The notes under the pieces were generated by a model. The model was given only the letters and a program-made list of their open reading frames with translations. It had not been told where the DNA came from and made no database searches. This document shows positions 34,974 through 45,517 of a stretch of 64,000 nt of DNA, one piece after another. The stretch is from Candidatus Hydrogenedentota bacterium (GTDB lineage: Bacteria > Hydrogenedentota > Hydrogenedentia > Hydrogenedentales > SLHB01): positions 64,001-128,000 of the forward strand of contig BTVY01000013.1 of the NCBI GenBank assembly GCA_045863335.1, written 5' to 3'. How positions within the stretch are numbered: position 1 is the first letter of the stretch; each line of letters begins with the position of its first letter. The position numbers and the translations under genes were made by a program.

Positions 34974-36326
34974 ATGGCCGTTGAATTAAAAGTTCCGACG
35001 GTAGGCGAGTCGATCACGGAAGTGCAGATCGGCGCCTGGCGCAAATCGTCCGGTGATTGGGTCGAACAGGACGAAGCCGTCGTCGAATTGGAGTCTGACA
35101 AAGCCACCGTGGAGTTACCCGCACCCGTCGCCGGCACGATTACCGAAATCCTCAAGAAGGAAGGCGACACGGCCGAAGTCGGCGAAGTTATCGGGTATGT
35201 CGACGACTCCGGGAAGAAGGGCGACGGCAAGAGGACGTCGGACGAGAAAGTAGCGAAAAAGGAAGACGGCGAACCCAAGAGCAGGGTAGAAGACAAAAAG
35301 AAAGCCACGGTGGAAGTTCCCAAAGCGGATGCGGCCCAAGAGAAGGAACCTGCGGAGTCCAAGGCGAAATCTGAAGAATCGGACGTATCCGAAGAAGAAG
35401 CCATTGAATCCGCGCCCTCGAAGGCCAAAGCCCGCGTCATGCCGGCGGCCCGTCGCGCCATGGCGGAACATGGGCTTGATGTCGATGATGTGGAAGGGAC
35501 CGGAGCCGGCGGCCGCATCCTGAAGGAGGATGTGCTCCGTATGGTCTCCGAAGATCGCCTTCGCAAAGAAGAAGCGAAGCCGAAGCCGGAATCACGCCCG
35601 GAGGAACCTGCCAAGGTTCGCGGTTCGCGCGACGAGGAGAGTGTGCCCATGACGCCCATGCGGCGTCGCATTGCGGAGCGGCTGGTCGAAGCGCAGCACA
35701 CCGGCGCGCTGCTGACGACCTTCAATGAAATCGACATGAGCGGCGTAGTGGCTCTGCGCGAAGAGCACAAGGCCGAGTTCCAGGAGAAACACGGCGTCAA
35801 GCTCGGCTTCATGTCGTTTTTTGTGAAAGCCTCCGTCGAAGCGCTCAAGGAGTATCCGAAGGTCAACGCGGAGATACGTCAAGACGACATCGTCTATCAC
35901 CACTATTACGACGTAGGCATCGCCGTTGGCGGCGGCAAGGGTCTGGTGGTTCCCGTGCTGCGCAACGCGGAAGCCATGTCCTTCGCCGGCATCGAAAAGC
36001 AGATCGCGGATTTCGGCGCGCGCGCCCAGGAAAACAAGATCAAGTTGGAGGAACTGGAAGGCGGCACCTTCACAATCAGCAACGGTGGCGTCTACGGCTC
36101 GCTCTTGTCGACGCCGATCGTCAACCCGCCGCAGAGCGGCATCCTGGGCTTGCACGCGATCCAGGATCGCCCGGTGGCGATTGACGGCCAGGTCGTGATT
36201 CGGCCCATGATGTACGTGGCGCTCACGTACGATCACCGCATTGTCGACGGCCGCGAAGCGGTCACCTTCTTGCGGCATATCAAGAATTCCATTGAAAAGC
36301 CCGCACGGCTGTTGCTGGAGCTATAG
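34974..36326 (+). CDS. sucB: Dihydrolipoamide succinyltransferase E2
   Basis: Lipoyl motif ESDKA, E3-binding [13 protein letters not shown], and YDHRIVDG. Confidence 0.97.
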   Translation: MAVELKVPTVGESITEVQIGAWRKSSGDWVEQDEAVVELESDKATVELPAPVAGTITEILKKEGDTAEVGEVIGYVDDSGKKGDGKRTSDEKVAKKEDGEPKSRVEDKKKATVEVPKADAAQEKEPAESKAKSEESDVSEEEAIESAPSKAKARVMPAARRAMAEHGLDVDDVEGTGAGGRILKEDVLRMVSEDRLRKEEAKPKPESRPEEPAKVRGSRDEESVPMTPMRRRIAERLVEAQHTGALLTTFNEIDMSGVVALREEHKAEFQEKHGVKLGFMSFFVKASVEALKEYPKVNAEIRQDDIVYHHYYDVGIAVGGGKGLVVPVLRNAEAMSFAGIEKQIADFGARAQENKIKLEELEGGTFTISNGGVYGSLLSTPIVNPPQSGILGLHAIQDRPVAIDGQVVIRPMMYVALTYDHRIVDGREAVTFLRHIKNSIEKPARLLLEL

Positions 36327-36334
36327 AGAGACGC

Positions 36335-36868
36335 ATGATTCAATTCGTATCCGGCCCCAGAATGGCCCTGATTGGCAGCATTCTCGTCGCGACCGTCGGT
36401 TGTGACCAGTTGACCAAGTTTATCGCCCATGCGACCATGCGGCACTCGCACGGCCGCATCCCTATCGCGGGCGATTTGTTTTATCTTCAATACGCCGAGA
36501 ACAGGGGCGGATTCCTCAGTTTGGGCGCTTCGTTGCCGGAAAGCGCCCGCTTCTGGCTATTGACGGTGTTCACTGGCGCGATCCTCACTGGCATCGCCTA
36601 CGTCCTGCTCACGAACCGCGGCCTCTCCCGAACGGACGTCATCTCCCTCGGCCTTCTCCTCAGCGGGGGCGTGGGCAACCTGATTGACCGGGTCTTCCGC
36701 GACGGGACCGTCGTCGACTTCATGGTCATGGGCGTCGGCCCGGTCCGTACCGGCGTGTTCAACATCGCCGACGTGGCGGTCATGGCGGGCATCTTCTTGC
36801 TGTTCGCAAGCAAACTCTTCTCGCCCGCCGCGGAGGAAGGAGTCGTTCATGGCACGCAAGACTCATGA
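36335..36868 (+). CDS. lspA: Lipoprotein signal peptidase II
   Basis: DQLTK, ENRGGFLSLG, GGVGNLIDR, VVDFM and FNIAD. Confidence 0.93.
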   Translation: MIQFVSGPRMALIGSILVATVGCDQLTKFIAHATMRHSHGRIPIAGDLFYLQYAENRGGFLSLGASLPESARFWLLTVFTGAILTGIAYVLLTNRGLSRTDVISLGLLLSGGVGNLIDRVFRDGTVVDFMVMGVGPVRTGVFNIADVAVMAGIFLLFASKLFSPAAEEGVVHGTQDS

Positions 36869-38243
36869 CCTTGTCGTGATCGGCGGAGGGCCGGGCGGAT
36901 ACGTGGCGGCAATCCGCGGCGCGCAACTCGGCATGAACGTCGCCTGTATTGAGAAGGAGAAACCTCTCGGCGGCACCTGCCTGCGCGTGGGATGCATCCC
37001 GAGTAAGGCACTTCTCGAGTCGTCCGAGTTGTTTGTCGTCGCCCAACATGACCTCAAGAATCACGGCGTCAACGCCGGTTCCGTCGAACTCGACCTCGCC
37101 GCCATGCTCAAGCGCAAGGACGGCGTCGTTCGCGCTCTGACGCAAGGCATCGACGGCCTTTTCAAGAAGCACAAGATCACCCGCTACGAAGGGACCGGCC
37201 GCTTTGCGGGACCGGGTCACGTTGTGGTGGACGGCCCCGACGGCGTCGAGATCGACGCCAAGAACGTCATTATTGCAACCGGCTCGAAATCCGCGCCCCT
37301 GGCGGGCGTCGAAGTGGACGGCGATCGCATCGGCACCAGCACCGAAGCCTTGTCCTACCCCGAAGTGCCCGAGCATCTCGTCGTCATTGGCGCGGGTTAC
37401 ATCGGCCTCGAACTCGGCTCGGTCTGGCGCAGGCTCGGCGCAAAAGTTACCGTGCTGGAATACCTCGACCGCATCCTGCCGGGCATGGATCGCGAGCTGT
37501 CGCAGGAAGCCGAGAAGATCTTCAAGAAGCAGGGGCTCACGTTCCGGCTCGGCAGCAAGGTCACCGGCGCGCGCGTCGAGAAGGACGGAAAAACCTGTGT
37601 GGTCGAAATGGAAGGACAGGATTCCATCAAGTGCGACCGGGTTCTACTCGCCGTTGGGCGTGTGCCTAACACCGACGGGCTTGGTCTGGACGCAATCGGC
37701 ATCGAACTCGAGAAACGGGGGACCATCCCCGTTGACGATCACTTTGCCACCAAGGCGGACAACGTGTATGCCATCGGCGATGTCATTCGAGGACCCATGC
37801 TCGCCCACAAGGCGGAAGAAGAAGGCGTCGCCTGTGTGGAGTTCATTGCAACCGGCTATGGTCATGTGAACTACGACGCGATTCCGGGCATCGTGTACAC
37901 CCATCCCGAAATCGCATCGGTCGGCAAGACCGAGGAACAACTGAAGGAACGCGAGATCGCCTTCACAAAAGGCGTTTTCCCATTCATCGCCAATGGCCGC
38001 GCCCGCGCGTTGGGCCAGACCGAAGGCCGCGTCAAGATTCTCGCCGACGCCGACACGGACCGTGTGTTGGGCGTCCACATCATCGGACCCCGCGCCGGCG
38101 ACCTCATCGCGGAGTGCGCCATGGCCATGGAGTTCAGCGCCAGCAGCGAAGACATCGCCCGTACCTGCCACGCCCATCCCACCCTCGCCGAAGTCGTCAA
38201 GGAAGCCGCTCTGGCCGTGGCGCGGCGAGAGATTCATATCTAG
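36849..38243 (+). CDS. lpdA: Dihydrolipoamide dehydrogenase E3
   Basis: IGGGPGGY, GGTCLRVGCIPSK, MLAHKAEEEG and HAHPTLAE. Confidence 0.97.
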   Translation: MARKTHDLVVIGGGPGGYVAAIRGAQLGMNVACIEKEKPLGGTCLRVGCIPSKALLESSELFVVAQHDLKNHGVNAGSVELDLAAMLKRKDGVVRALTQGIDGLFKKHKITRYEGTGRFAGPGHVVVDGPDGVEIDAKNVIIATGSKSAPLAGVEVDGDRIGTSTEALSYPEVPEHLVVIGAGYIGLELGSVWRRLGAKVTVLEYLDRILPGMDRELSQEAEKIFKKQGLTFRLGSKVTGARVEKDGKTCVVEMEGQDSIKCDRVLLAVGRVPNTDGLGLDAIGIELEKRGTIPVDDHFATKADNVYAIGDVIRGPMLAHKAEEEGVACVEFIATGYGHVNYDAIPGIVYTHPEIASVGKTEEQLKEREIAFTKGVFPFIANGRARALGQTEGRVKILADADTDRVLGVHIIGPRAGDLIAECAMAMEFSASSEDIARTCHAHPTLAEVVKEAALAVARREIHI

Positions 38244-38283
38244 CGCGGGTGTTTTCCGATAGCCCCGACCAAGCGTGTGCTCC

Positions 38284-38412
38284 AAATCCGAAATCCGAAA
38301 CGAATCTCCAAATTCCAATGACCAAAACGGCAATTGCAAAAGGTGCAACACCCAAGTCCCCGGGGAGATCGTTTCGAGTTTTGGTCATTCGTGCTTGTTT
38401 CGAATTTCCGAT
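38284..38412. repeat. Second, degenerate copy of the heptamer inverted-repeat element
   Basis: AAATCCG x2; AATGACCAAAAC (38317-38328) inverted at 38378-38389; the same 12-mer occurs at 9075-9086. Confidence 0.7.
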
Positions 38413-38539
38413 CGCGTAGCCGCACCGTCGCACTGGCGCTCATCCGGCTTTACGAATTCCTTGGTTAAGAGGTATGATACCCGACGGGGGTGCCGCACCA
38501 AGTTTGCCGCGGCCGAGTATCGAGTATGGGGGAAGTCTC

Positions 38540-40093
38540 ATGCAGTCCACACAGACCAGTCCGGCGGAAAAACTGTGCACCGCCGACGAAGCCATAGCAC
38601 ACATCGCCGACGGGGTAACCATTGCCATCGGCGGATTCGGTGGCGCCGCCCATCCCGAAGGCCTCATGGCGGCGCTGGAGCGACGCTTCCTCGCAGAGGG
38701 GCATCCGCGCGATCTCACCCTCGTCTATGCCGCCGGTCAAGGCGATTTCCAAACCCGTGGACTCAATCACGCCAACCACGACGGCATGGTCCGTCGCATT
38801 GTCGGTGGACACTGGGGGTTGGCGCCGGGATTGGGACGCCGCGCCCTGGAAGGCGATTTCGAAGCGTACAATATTCCCCAGGGTGTCATCTGCCAGTTGT
38901 TCCGGGATATTGCGGCCGGCAGGCCCGGCTGCATCACCCATGTCGGGCTCGACACCTTCATCGATCCTATCCACGGGGGCGGACGCCTCAACGACCGCAC
39001 CCCGGAAGGTCTCGTCGAGCGGATTGAAATTGCCGGAAAGACCTGGCTCCTGTACCACAGCTTCCCCATTCACGTGGCGCTGATCCGCGCTACCTCCGCC
39101 GACGAACGCGGCAACCTCGTCATGGATAGGGAAGTCATCACGGGGGAAACCCTGGCTATCGCGCAGGCCGCGCACAACCACGGCGGTATTGTCATTGCCC
39201 AGGTCGAGTCCATACGAGAAGAGCCCGCATCGCCGCAGATGGTGCGAGTGCCGGGCGCGATCGTCGACTACGTCGTGCTGGCGCAGCAAGGCGAACACGA
39301 CCAGACCTTCGGCGAAGCCTTCAACCCGGCCTACTGCTCCTCCGCGCCTCCCGGCACCGACATGAGCGCACTGTTGCCTCTCATGGAGATGAGCGAGCGC
39401 CGCATCATCGCCGCCCGTGCTTACGATGAAATCTGTGACGGCGACATCGTCAACCTCGGTTTCGGCATGCCCGAAGGCGTCGCGCGCATTGCCGCGGAAA
39501 AGGGAACGCTTGACCATATCACCCTAACCGTCGAGAGCGGGCCTTTCGGAGGCATCCCCGCGGGGTTCATGAGCTTCGGCGCATCCAACTATCCCGAGGC
39601 CATTGTGAGCCAGCCGTCCCAGTTCGACTTTTACGACGGCGGGGGACTGGATATCGCGCTGCTCGGCGCCGCAGAGGTCGACGGCGAAGGCAACGTGAAC
39701 GTCTCCAAGTTCGGGCCCAAACTCGCGGGCGTCGGCGGCTTCGTCAACATTACGCAATCCACCAAACGCGTCGTTTTCTGCGGGACCTTCACCGCTGGCG
39801 GCCTCCAAGTCGCGGTGGAAGACGGCAAACTCCGTATCGTAAACGAGGGCAAGAGTTCCAAGTTCGTCGAACGCGTGGAGCAGATATCCTTCTCAGCAAA
39901 GCGCGCGCTGTTGAGCGGGCAAGAGATCCTCTACGTCACCGAACGCGCGGTGTTCCGCCTCGTGGAAGGCGGCCTGGAACTCATCGAAGCCGCCCCCGGA
40001 ATCGATGTGGACACCCAAATCCTGGCGCTGGCCAAATGCAAGCTCATCGTCCGCGACGTGAAGCCTATGCCGGCGCATGTTTTTGAGACGTAG
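38540..40093 (+). CDS. Acyl-CoA:acetate/propionate CoA-transferase (YdiF/Pct family)
   Basis: YAAGQGD, VGLDTFIDP, VNLGFGMP, catalytic VESG, QFDFYDGGGLD and GNVNVSKF. Confidence 0.92.
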   Translation: MQSTQTSPAEKLCTADEAIAHIADGVTIAIGGFGGAAHPEGLMAALERRFLAEGHPRDLTLVYAAGQGDFQTRGLNHANHDGMVRRIVGGHWGLAPGLGRRALEGDFEAYNIPQGVICQLFRDIAAGRPGCITHVGLDTFIDPIHGGGRLNDRTPEGLVERIEIAGKTWLLYHSFPIHVALIRATSADERGNLVMDREVITGETLAIAQAAHNHGGIVIAQVESIREEPASPQMVRVPGAIVDYVVLAQQGEHDQTFGEAFNPAYCSSAPPGTDMSALLPLMEMSERRIIAARAYDEICDGDIVNLGFGMPEGVARIAAEKGTLDHITLTVESGPFGGIPAGFMSFGASNYPEAIVSQPSQFDFYDGGGLDIALLGAAEVDGEGNVNVSKFGPKLAGVGGFVNITQSTKRVVFCGTFTAGGLQVAVEDGKLRIVNEGKSSKFVERVEQISFSAKRALLSGQEILYVTERAVFRLVEGGLELIEAAPGIDVDTQILALAKCKLIVRDVKPMPAHVFET

Positions 40094-40151
40094 GCGGTCT
40101 CCGTAGGCGTGGCCGAAAGTCATGTCGGCAGGAGAATCCGACTAGGGCTAC

Positions 40152-40180
40152 TTAACGCAACCGGCGCTGCTCCGTCTTTC
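40152..40180 (+). promoter_or_regulatory. Possible ECF-type promoter upstream of the sigma gene
   Basis: TTAAC-N16-CGTC (AAC 40154-40156, CGTC 40173-40176). Confidence 0.4.
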
Positions 40181-40222
40181 TTCCAGAGACCGACGTGATA
40201 TCGTGACTGGAGGAGACGGGCG

Positions 40223-43200
40223 ATGACAGAACAGGCGTTGGCGCGGGCGTGGTTCGAACAGCGAAATGCGGACGCGTTTCGCGGAATCTGCGAAGAGCAT
40301 TCGGGCATGGTCTATGCCACGGCACTGCGGATGCTGCGCAATGCGGCGGACGCGGAAGACATTACGCAGGAATGCTTTCTACGCCTGGCGCGCACGTCCA
40401 CGGGTCTCCACGGATCGCTCGGGGCGTGGCTGCACCGCGTCGCAGTAAACCTGTCCATCGATCACATGCGGCGCAATGCCGCGCGAAACGCCCGAGAAAC
40501 GACTTTCGTCGAGCGGACTCCCACTACGACCGAGGTGACCTGGAACGATCTGCGGGAGCACGTGGACGCGGCCATCAACGAATTGCCCGACCAAGCCCGC
40601 GACACGATCATCGCCCACTTCATCCAGGGTGTCCCGCAGCACGTCATTGCCGACGCGGAAGGCGTCACGCGATCGGCCATCTCGCAGCGCATCAACCGCG
40701 CCTTGCAGTCGATCCGGGCTACCCTCGAGAAACGCGGTGTCACGGTATCCCTGACTGCGCTCACGGGCTTGCTGACGGCACACCTGGCCGAGGCCGTCGC
40801 TGTTCCGGCGGGCCTGACAGCAAGTCTGGGGAACCTCGCGGTATATGCAGGCGCGGCGCACGCGGGGGCGGGGATGCTCTCAGGCATTCTGACGGCGAAA
40901 GGTATCTTGGCGGCCCTTCTTGTTCTGCTCACGATAGGAGGCGCTGGTATCGTCACTTACCGCTCATCGGTGACAGAATCCGAGGAACTTGACGCGATCC
41001 CGATTCAAGATCGTGCTGACGGAGATACCAGCCGTCCGCCAGACGCTGCCCCCATTACTGCGGCAGACACTGCCACGCGCCAGAGCGCCACACCAGCGGT
41101 GGAATCTGCTGCAGACACGCCCACCGCCTACGCCGGAGCAATCGTCGAAGGCTTCGTACGCGAACCAGACTCGGGTCAGCCGTTGCCCGGCGTCTATCTC
41201 GTGTGCCAGTCCGACGACGGCGCGAACCGTTTCCGGTTCGACGACGACGACCGCGTGTACACCGATGCAGAGGGCCGTTACCGCATATCCGGTTTGGCGC
41301 CAGGCCGGTACAAGCTCCTGTGTGGGAGCACTTGGGAAACACGCGACCCCGGCGACCCACAGGACTACGAAGTGCAATTGCGATTCGTCAGGAACGAATC
41401 GATTCACCGGTTCGAGGTTACTGGCGCTGACGCACAGGCGGGGCCCGACTTCGATGCCATCGTCGGTGAGACCGTTTCCGGATTTGTCGTAGATGACGGA
41501 AAACCCGTGGCCGATGCTGATGTGATGGTTCACGGTTCGGGAACCTTCGTCAACGTGCGAACCGCCGCAAACGGCTGGTTCAAAGCGGGCGGGTTCCCCG
41601 TGACGGACGAAGTGCGGGCGATCGCGGAGAAGGGTCGCACCCGGCCCGGCATTCGCGTCGAGGCGATCGGCGAACAAGAAGCGCTATCTCCCGAGACGCA
41701 GACCCGGGTCAGCAGCATTGCCGGACCTGTAACCGTTACGGAAGATGGACTGAAGAACATCCGGCTGGAACTTCATCCCGGCGCCAGCGTAACGGGAGTC
41801 CTCACCGACGATACCGGGAAGCCCCTAGTCGACGTCAATGTTATGGCCCGTTCGAACGCGAAGCAGTACTTCGGGTCCCGGTTTGCCAAGACCGGGGCGC
41901 AAGGCGACTTTGTCCTTTCAGGAATGGCTGAGGGCGAATACGATCTCGCCTGGAATCCACGCAATCCCGGCGAAGACGAACACATGTACGGATGGACGCC
42001 CCACGAGGCACTCGTCCTGAAACGTATCGAGGTGACCTGGGATCAGCATCTGCGCGGCGTTCAACTTCGCGCCAGCGCGCCCGATTCCCAACTCGGCGCT
42101 GAAACGGGTTGGACCCTCGCCGGACGCGTCCGCGACACGCGCGGAAACGCTGTCGAGGGCGCCGTCGTGCGGGCCTGGGAAATGGGCCATAGCGGAACTG
42201 CGCCTCAAACCAAATCGGATTCCGATGGCCGTTTTGAACTCGGAGACGTCAACGCGGGACCGCTTACCATGCTCCGCGTCGAGCACCCAGACTTTTCCAC
42301 GTACATGGAGTCGCTGCCGGAACCCGTGGAGCGGTCCATGGACATCGTGCTCGAAGACCGGGGGACCGTCTCCGGTCAGGTGCGGTACGCCGATACGGGG
42401 ATGCCCGTTACTGCCTTCTCCGTCCGCATGCAAAAAGGCAATAACCAACCGGTATTTGTGGAGAATGAGGAAGGCCGGTTCCGTATCGAAGGCGCCGACG
42501 CGGGGGAAAACGAAGTCCTCATTTCGGCGGAGGGGTACAAGGAAACCGGCACGCCGGTCACCGTGCTTCCTGGCCGCGAAGTCGCCGGAATCGACGCGCG
42601 GCTCGAACGCGGCCTGGCTGTCGAGGGTAGTGTGGTCGATGAGCGCGGCGCGCCCGTGGAAGGCGCGTTTCTCTTCGCCAAGCGGGTACCCAAGATAGCC
42701 GCCGAACGGGAGACACAACTCCTTGCGAAGACGGATGTCGACGGCCAGTTTCGCGTCGAATCATTGAAAGACGACTACGGCGTGCTCTCGGCCTGGCACG
42801 CGGACTTCGGCATGGGAGCCGCACGTTATGATACTTCCGCGTCTGGCGTCGAAATCGTCCTCCGGAACAATTTAGGCACGGTTTCAGGCCAAGTTCTGCT
42901 TGACGGACTACCCGCCGTTGGTGCGGAGGTCAATCTCATGGCCACCAGTTTGTTGTCGCCGGAAGCCGCGGCATTCGGTACGCCGAACCAGTTTATCAAG
43001 GAGGACGGTTCATTTCGATTCGAGGACGTGCCGGAAGGTGAGTACAACGTATCGGCAACCATGGGTCATAGGAACGCCATCATGCCCATGGGCGAAAAAA
43101 ACTTGAGCCGCGCGATTCTCGTCCAACCCGGCGCGGAAACCGAAGTGCTGCTCGAATTTCCCGTCGCGGACGCATCCGTCGCGGGCCGCGTGCTGTTTCA

Positions 43201-43753
43201 GGGGAAGCCTGTCCCGCAGGGCTTCGTGGTATTGACCGTGGAATCTCCGGAAGGCAAACAAACGCATATGGCCCAGTTGGACCCGGATGGTGCGTATGTC
43301 ATTGCGCCTATTGCCGCCGGCCACGCCACCCTGCGATCCTCGGCCGCTACCGCGACTCCATTCGCGGGGATCGCGCGGAAACTGGAATTCGAGATCGCAC
43401 CCGGCGACGCGCTGATCCGCAATGTTGAGTTCAACGGGCAAGGCACGATTGGAGGGACCCTAAGCGGGGCGCCCGCCGAGCGTCAAATCCCGCTGATGTT
43501 GGTTCCGGCATCCGTTGATCTCAGCGAGCCTACCCTGGAAACCGTCGTAGTCGTTTCCCAAGAGGCCGTGGCAAACGCGATGACGACGGGGTCGGGACCA
43601 TTTGAATTCACTGCCATACCGCCAGGCGACTACGCCGTACTGGCGTGGCTGTCGCACCCTTCCGGGAAATTTGACGGGTATGCCACCGCCTTCTGCACCG
43701 TGCCCGAAGACGGCACACCACAGACCGTGACGTTACACTTCCAGGCGCCGTAG
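40223..43753 (+). CDS. ECF sigma factor fused to a TM segment and multiple carboxypeptidase-regulatory-like domains
   Basis: DAEDITQECFL, GAWLHRVAVN and AISQRINRAL; TM about aa 225-245; repeated G.V.D..G.PV.GA...TD.DG.F units. Confidence 0.88.
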   Translation: MTEQALARAWFEQRNADAFRGICEEHSGMVYATALRMLRNAADAEDITQECFLRLARTSTGLHGSLGAWLHRVAVNLSIDHMRRNAARNARETTFVERTPTTTEVTWNDLREHVDAAINELPDQARDTIIAHFIQGVPQHVIADAEGVTRSAISQRINRALQSIRATLEKRGVTVSLTALTGLLTAHLAEAVAVPAGLTASLGNLAVYAGAAHAGAGMLSGILTAKGILAALLVLLTIGGAGIVTYRSSVTESEELDAIPIQDRADGDTSRPPDAAPITAADTATRQSATPAVESAADTPTAYAGAIVEGFVREPDSGQPLPGVYLVCQSDDGANRFRFDDDDRVYTDAEGRYRISGLAPGRYKLLCGSTWETRDPGDPQDYEVQLRFVRNESIHRFEVTGADAQAGPDFDAIVGETVSGFVVDDGKPVADADVMVHGSGTFVNVRTAANGWFKAGGFPVTDEVRAIAEKGRTRPGIRVEAIGEQEALSPETQTRVSSIAGPVTVTEDGLKNIRLELHPGASVTGVLTDDTGKPLVDVNVMARSNAKQYFGSRFAKTGAQGDFVLSGMAEGEYDLAWNPRNPGEDEHMYGWTPHEALVLKRIEVTWDQHLRGVQLRASAPDSQLGAETGWTLAGRVRDTRGNAVEGAVVRAWEMGHSGTAPQTKSDSDGRFELGDVNAGPLTMLRVEHPDFSTYMESLPEPVERSMDIVLEDRGTVSGQVRYADTGMPVTAFSVRMQKGNNQPVFVENEEGRFRIEGADAGENEVLISAEGYKETGTPVTVLPGREVAGIDARLERGLAVEGSVVDERGAPVEGAFLFAKRVPKIAAERETQLLAKTDVDGQFRVESLKDDYGVLSAWHADFGMGAARYDTSASGVEIVLRNNLGTVSGQVLLDGLPAVGAEVNLMATSLLSPEAAAFGTPNQFIKEDGSFRFEDVPEGEYNVSATMGHRNAIMPMGEKNLSRAILVQPGAETEVLLEFPVADASVAGRVLFQGKPVPQGFVVLTVESPEGKQTHMAQLDPDGAYVIAPIAAGHATLRSSAATATPFAGIARKLEFEIAPGDALIRNVEFNGQGTIGGTLSGAPAERQIPLMLVPASVDLSEPTLETVVVVSQEAVANAMTTGSGPFEFTAIPPGDYAVLAWLSHPSGKFDGYATAFCTVPEDGTPQTVTLHFQAP

Positions 43754-43759
43754 ATTGGT

Positions 43760-44641
43760 CTAGTCCCGGTCGCCGCTTTGATCGTCACCACCGGGTCCGC
43801 GGCCGCGATCGCCCCAGCCCCACATGGGCGGGCCGCCGCCGCCTCCCGGCATGCGGAAGAAGGGGTCTTCCATGGTCTCCCGGACTGCGTTGACGAGGGC
43901 TTGCTGCTCCTGTGGATTGGAGACGCCGTTCTCCTTCAGGGCTTCGCCGATGAGATAGTCCTGCTGATCCCGCACAAGCGACCGGGTCTCTTCAAACGTG
44001 ATAGACAAATCCTGGCGGATTTGATCCCGCTCCTCGTCCGACTCGGCGTCGCGCATCTCGCGGAACAGGTCCATGGTGTAGTTCGTATACTCGCTGATCG
44101 CGGCGATCCGCTGCTGTGCCGCGGGGTCGTTCGTTTTCTGCATGGCGTCGTTGAAGAATCCGTCCATGCGGCTGCGAAATTCGCGGGACCGCTCCTCCCG
44201 TTCCTGCTGCCACTGTTCGCGCCGTGCCTGCCACTCGGCGTACTCCGGCGTACCCTCCTTCGGCGGTTCCCGGTCGCCCCAGCCGCGGCCGCGATCCCGG
44301 TCTTCAGACTGCAGTGCGGCCGAAAGGGCATCGGTCGCTTCCTCCAGGTTGAACGCCGGGTCTCCGGTTTCTTCCGTGGGGGCGAGGGTCGCATCCGCAG
44401 CCGGTTCCGGGCGCGCGCGAAGCCGCTCGACTTCCTCGCGAAGCCGCGCGATTTCCCGCTCGAGGTCAATCGCTTCGGCATTGGATTTACGCAGTTCCGA
44501 CGCTTTGGCCAAGGCTTGGTCGCGCTCGGCGGAGAGTTGTTCAAGCTGCGGGTTGAACCGCGCCTGCACGGTGTACATTCCGCACGCCACACCGATGGCG
44601 AGCGCGATGATGGCAGCAATCGCAATTTTGGCACCTGTCAT
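43760..44641 (-). CDS. Membrane-anchored coiled-coil hypothetical protein
   Basis: N-terminal hydrophobic helix, charged heptad-like stretches, Gly-rich tail; RBS GGAGG. Confidence 0.7.
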   Translation of the reverse strand: MTGAKIAIAAIIALAIGVACGMYTVQARFNPQLEQLSAERDQALAKASELRKSNAEAIDLEREIARLREEVERLRARPEPAADATLAPTEETGDPAFNLEEATDALSAALQSEDRDRGRGWGDREPPKEGTPEYAEWQARREQWQQEREERSREFRSRMDGFFNDAMQKTNDPAAQQRIAAISEYTNYTMDLFREMRDAESDEERDQIRQDLSITFEETRSLVRDQQDYLIGEALKENGVSNPQEQQALVNAVRETMEDPFFRMPGGGGGPPMWGWGDRGRGPGGDDQSGDRD

Positions 44642-44716
44642 GGGACGCACCTCCAGCAGGTTAAACACCCCTGCGCTGTACCGGGTTCCCCGGGAAATCG
44701 CTCGGACGGGTGCCGC

Positions 44717-45208
44717 CTACCGCCTGAGCCAGGCTGGGTACGCGACAAAGCAGTACGCGCCCGCTAGAACGACACAGCACCCTGCGATGAGGATCAGGCT
44801 CAGCCGGTCGTCGTGACCGCGCGTGTGGAGACGGCTCCGGGCATGATTGGAGGGGTCGTAGAAGACGGTCAACGGGCGGCCTTTTTGCGTGATCTTTTCG
44901 AGTTCGTCCGGGGGAAGCGCGTTCGGGCTGCCCACATCCGGCCAGAGACCAACGAATTCGCCTTTGTAGCTCGTGCTCCCGATCAAGTACTCGTAGTTGA
45001 CCGTGACTTTTTGCTTGTAGTCCTGGGCGTTGTAATGGGTGCGGGTGATTTCGCCGGAGAGAATCCAGCCCCCGGCCGCGGGCCATTCCGGCTGGTTAAG
45101 GCTGAACCAGACCAGCGTCAGCGGCGTCACAGCCATGATCAATGCGCAGACCAAGAGGAATTCCGGCAAGCCCGCCTTGCGGCGTCTGGTTTGCAGGTAC
45201 GTTGCCAT
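44717..45208 (-). CDS. DUF3592-like membrane protein
   Basis: TM, WP...GEI, V.YEY....Y.G, V.YDP.N..RSRL, TM. Confidence 0.65.
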   Translation of the reverse strand: MATYLQTRRRKAGLPEFLLVCALIMAVTPLTLVWFSLNQPEWPAAGGWILSGEITRTHYNAQDYKQKVTVNYEYLIGSTSYKGEFVGLWPDVGSPNALPPDELEKITQKGRPLTVFYDPSNHARSRLHTRGHDDRLSLILIAGCCVVLAGAYCFVAYPAWLRR

Positions 45209-45293
45209 GCGATTCCAACTCCCCGGCCCGTCGCTATTGTGCTGTCATGGCGGGAAAGCTGTCAAGTGGCAGGGGAAGGATGAGGCTACGAAG

Positions 45294-45502
45294 AATAGGA
45301 CGTATAGGACCTATGCGACCAATAGGACGAAGCCATTTGACGCGGACGGAGTTTGGCAGTGGGTATGCCGCGATATCAGACTTTCCGCAGCGCTGCTATG
45401 CTTCCATGCTCCGGCTTGTGCCAGCCAATTACCGAGGGCATCGCTCCATTAGCGCACCCAATCTTTCGTCCTATAGGTCCCATGGGTCCTATACGTCCGA
45501 TT
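45294..45502. repeat. Second inverted array of 9-mers (4+4 units)
   Basis: AATAGGACG TATAGGACC TATGCGACC AATAGGACG (45294-45329) ... CGTCCTATA GGTCCCATG GGTCCTATA CGTCCGATT (45467-45502). Confidence 0.85.
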
Positions 45503-45517
45503 TCTTGGCCGCCCACC

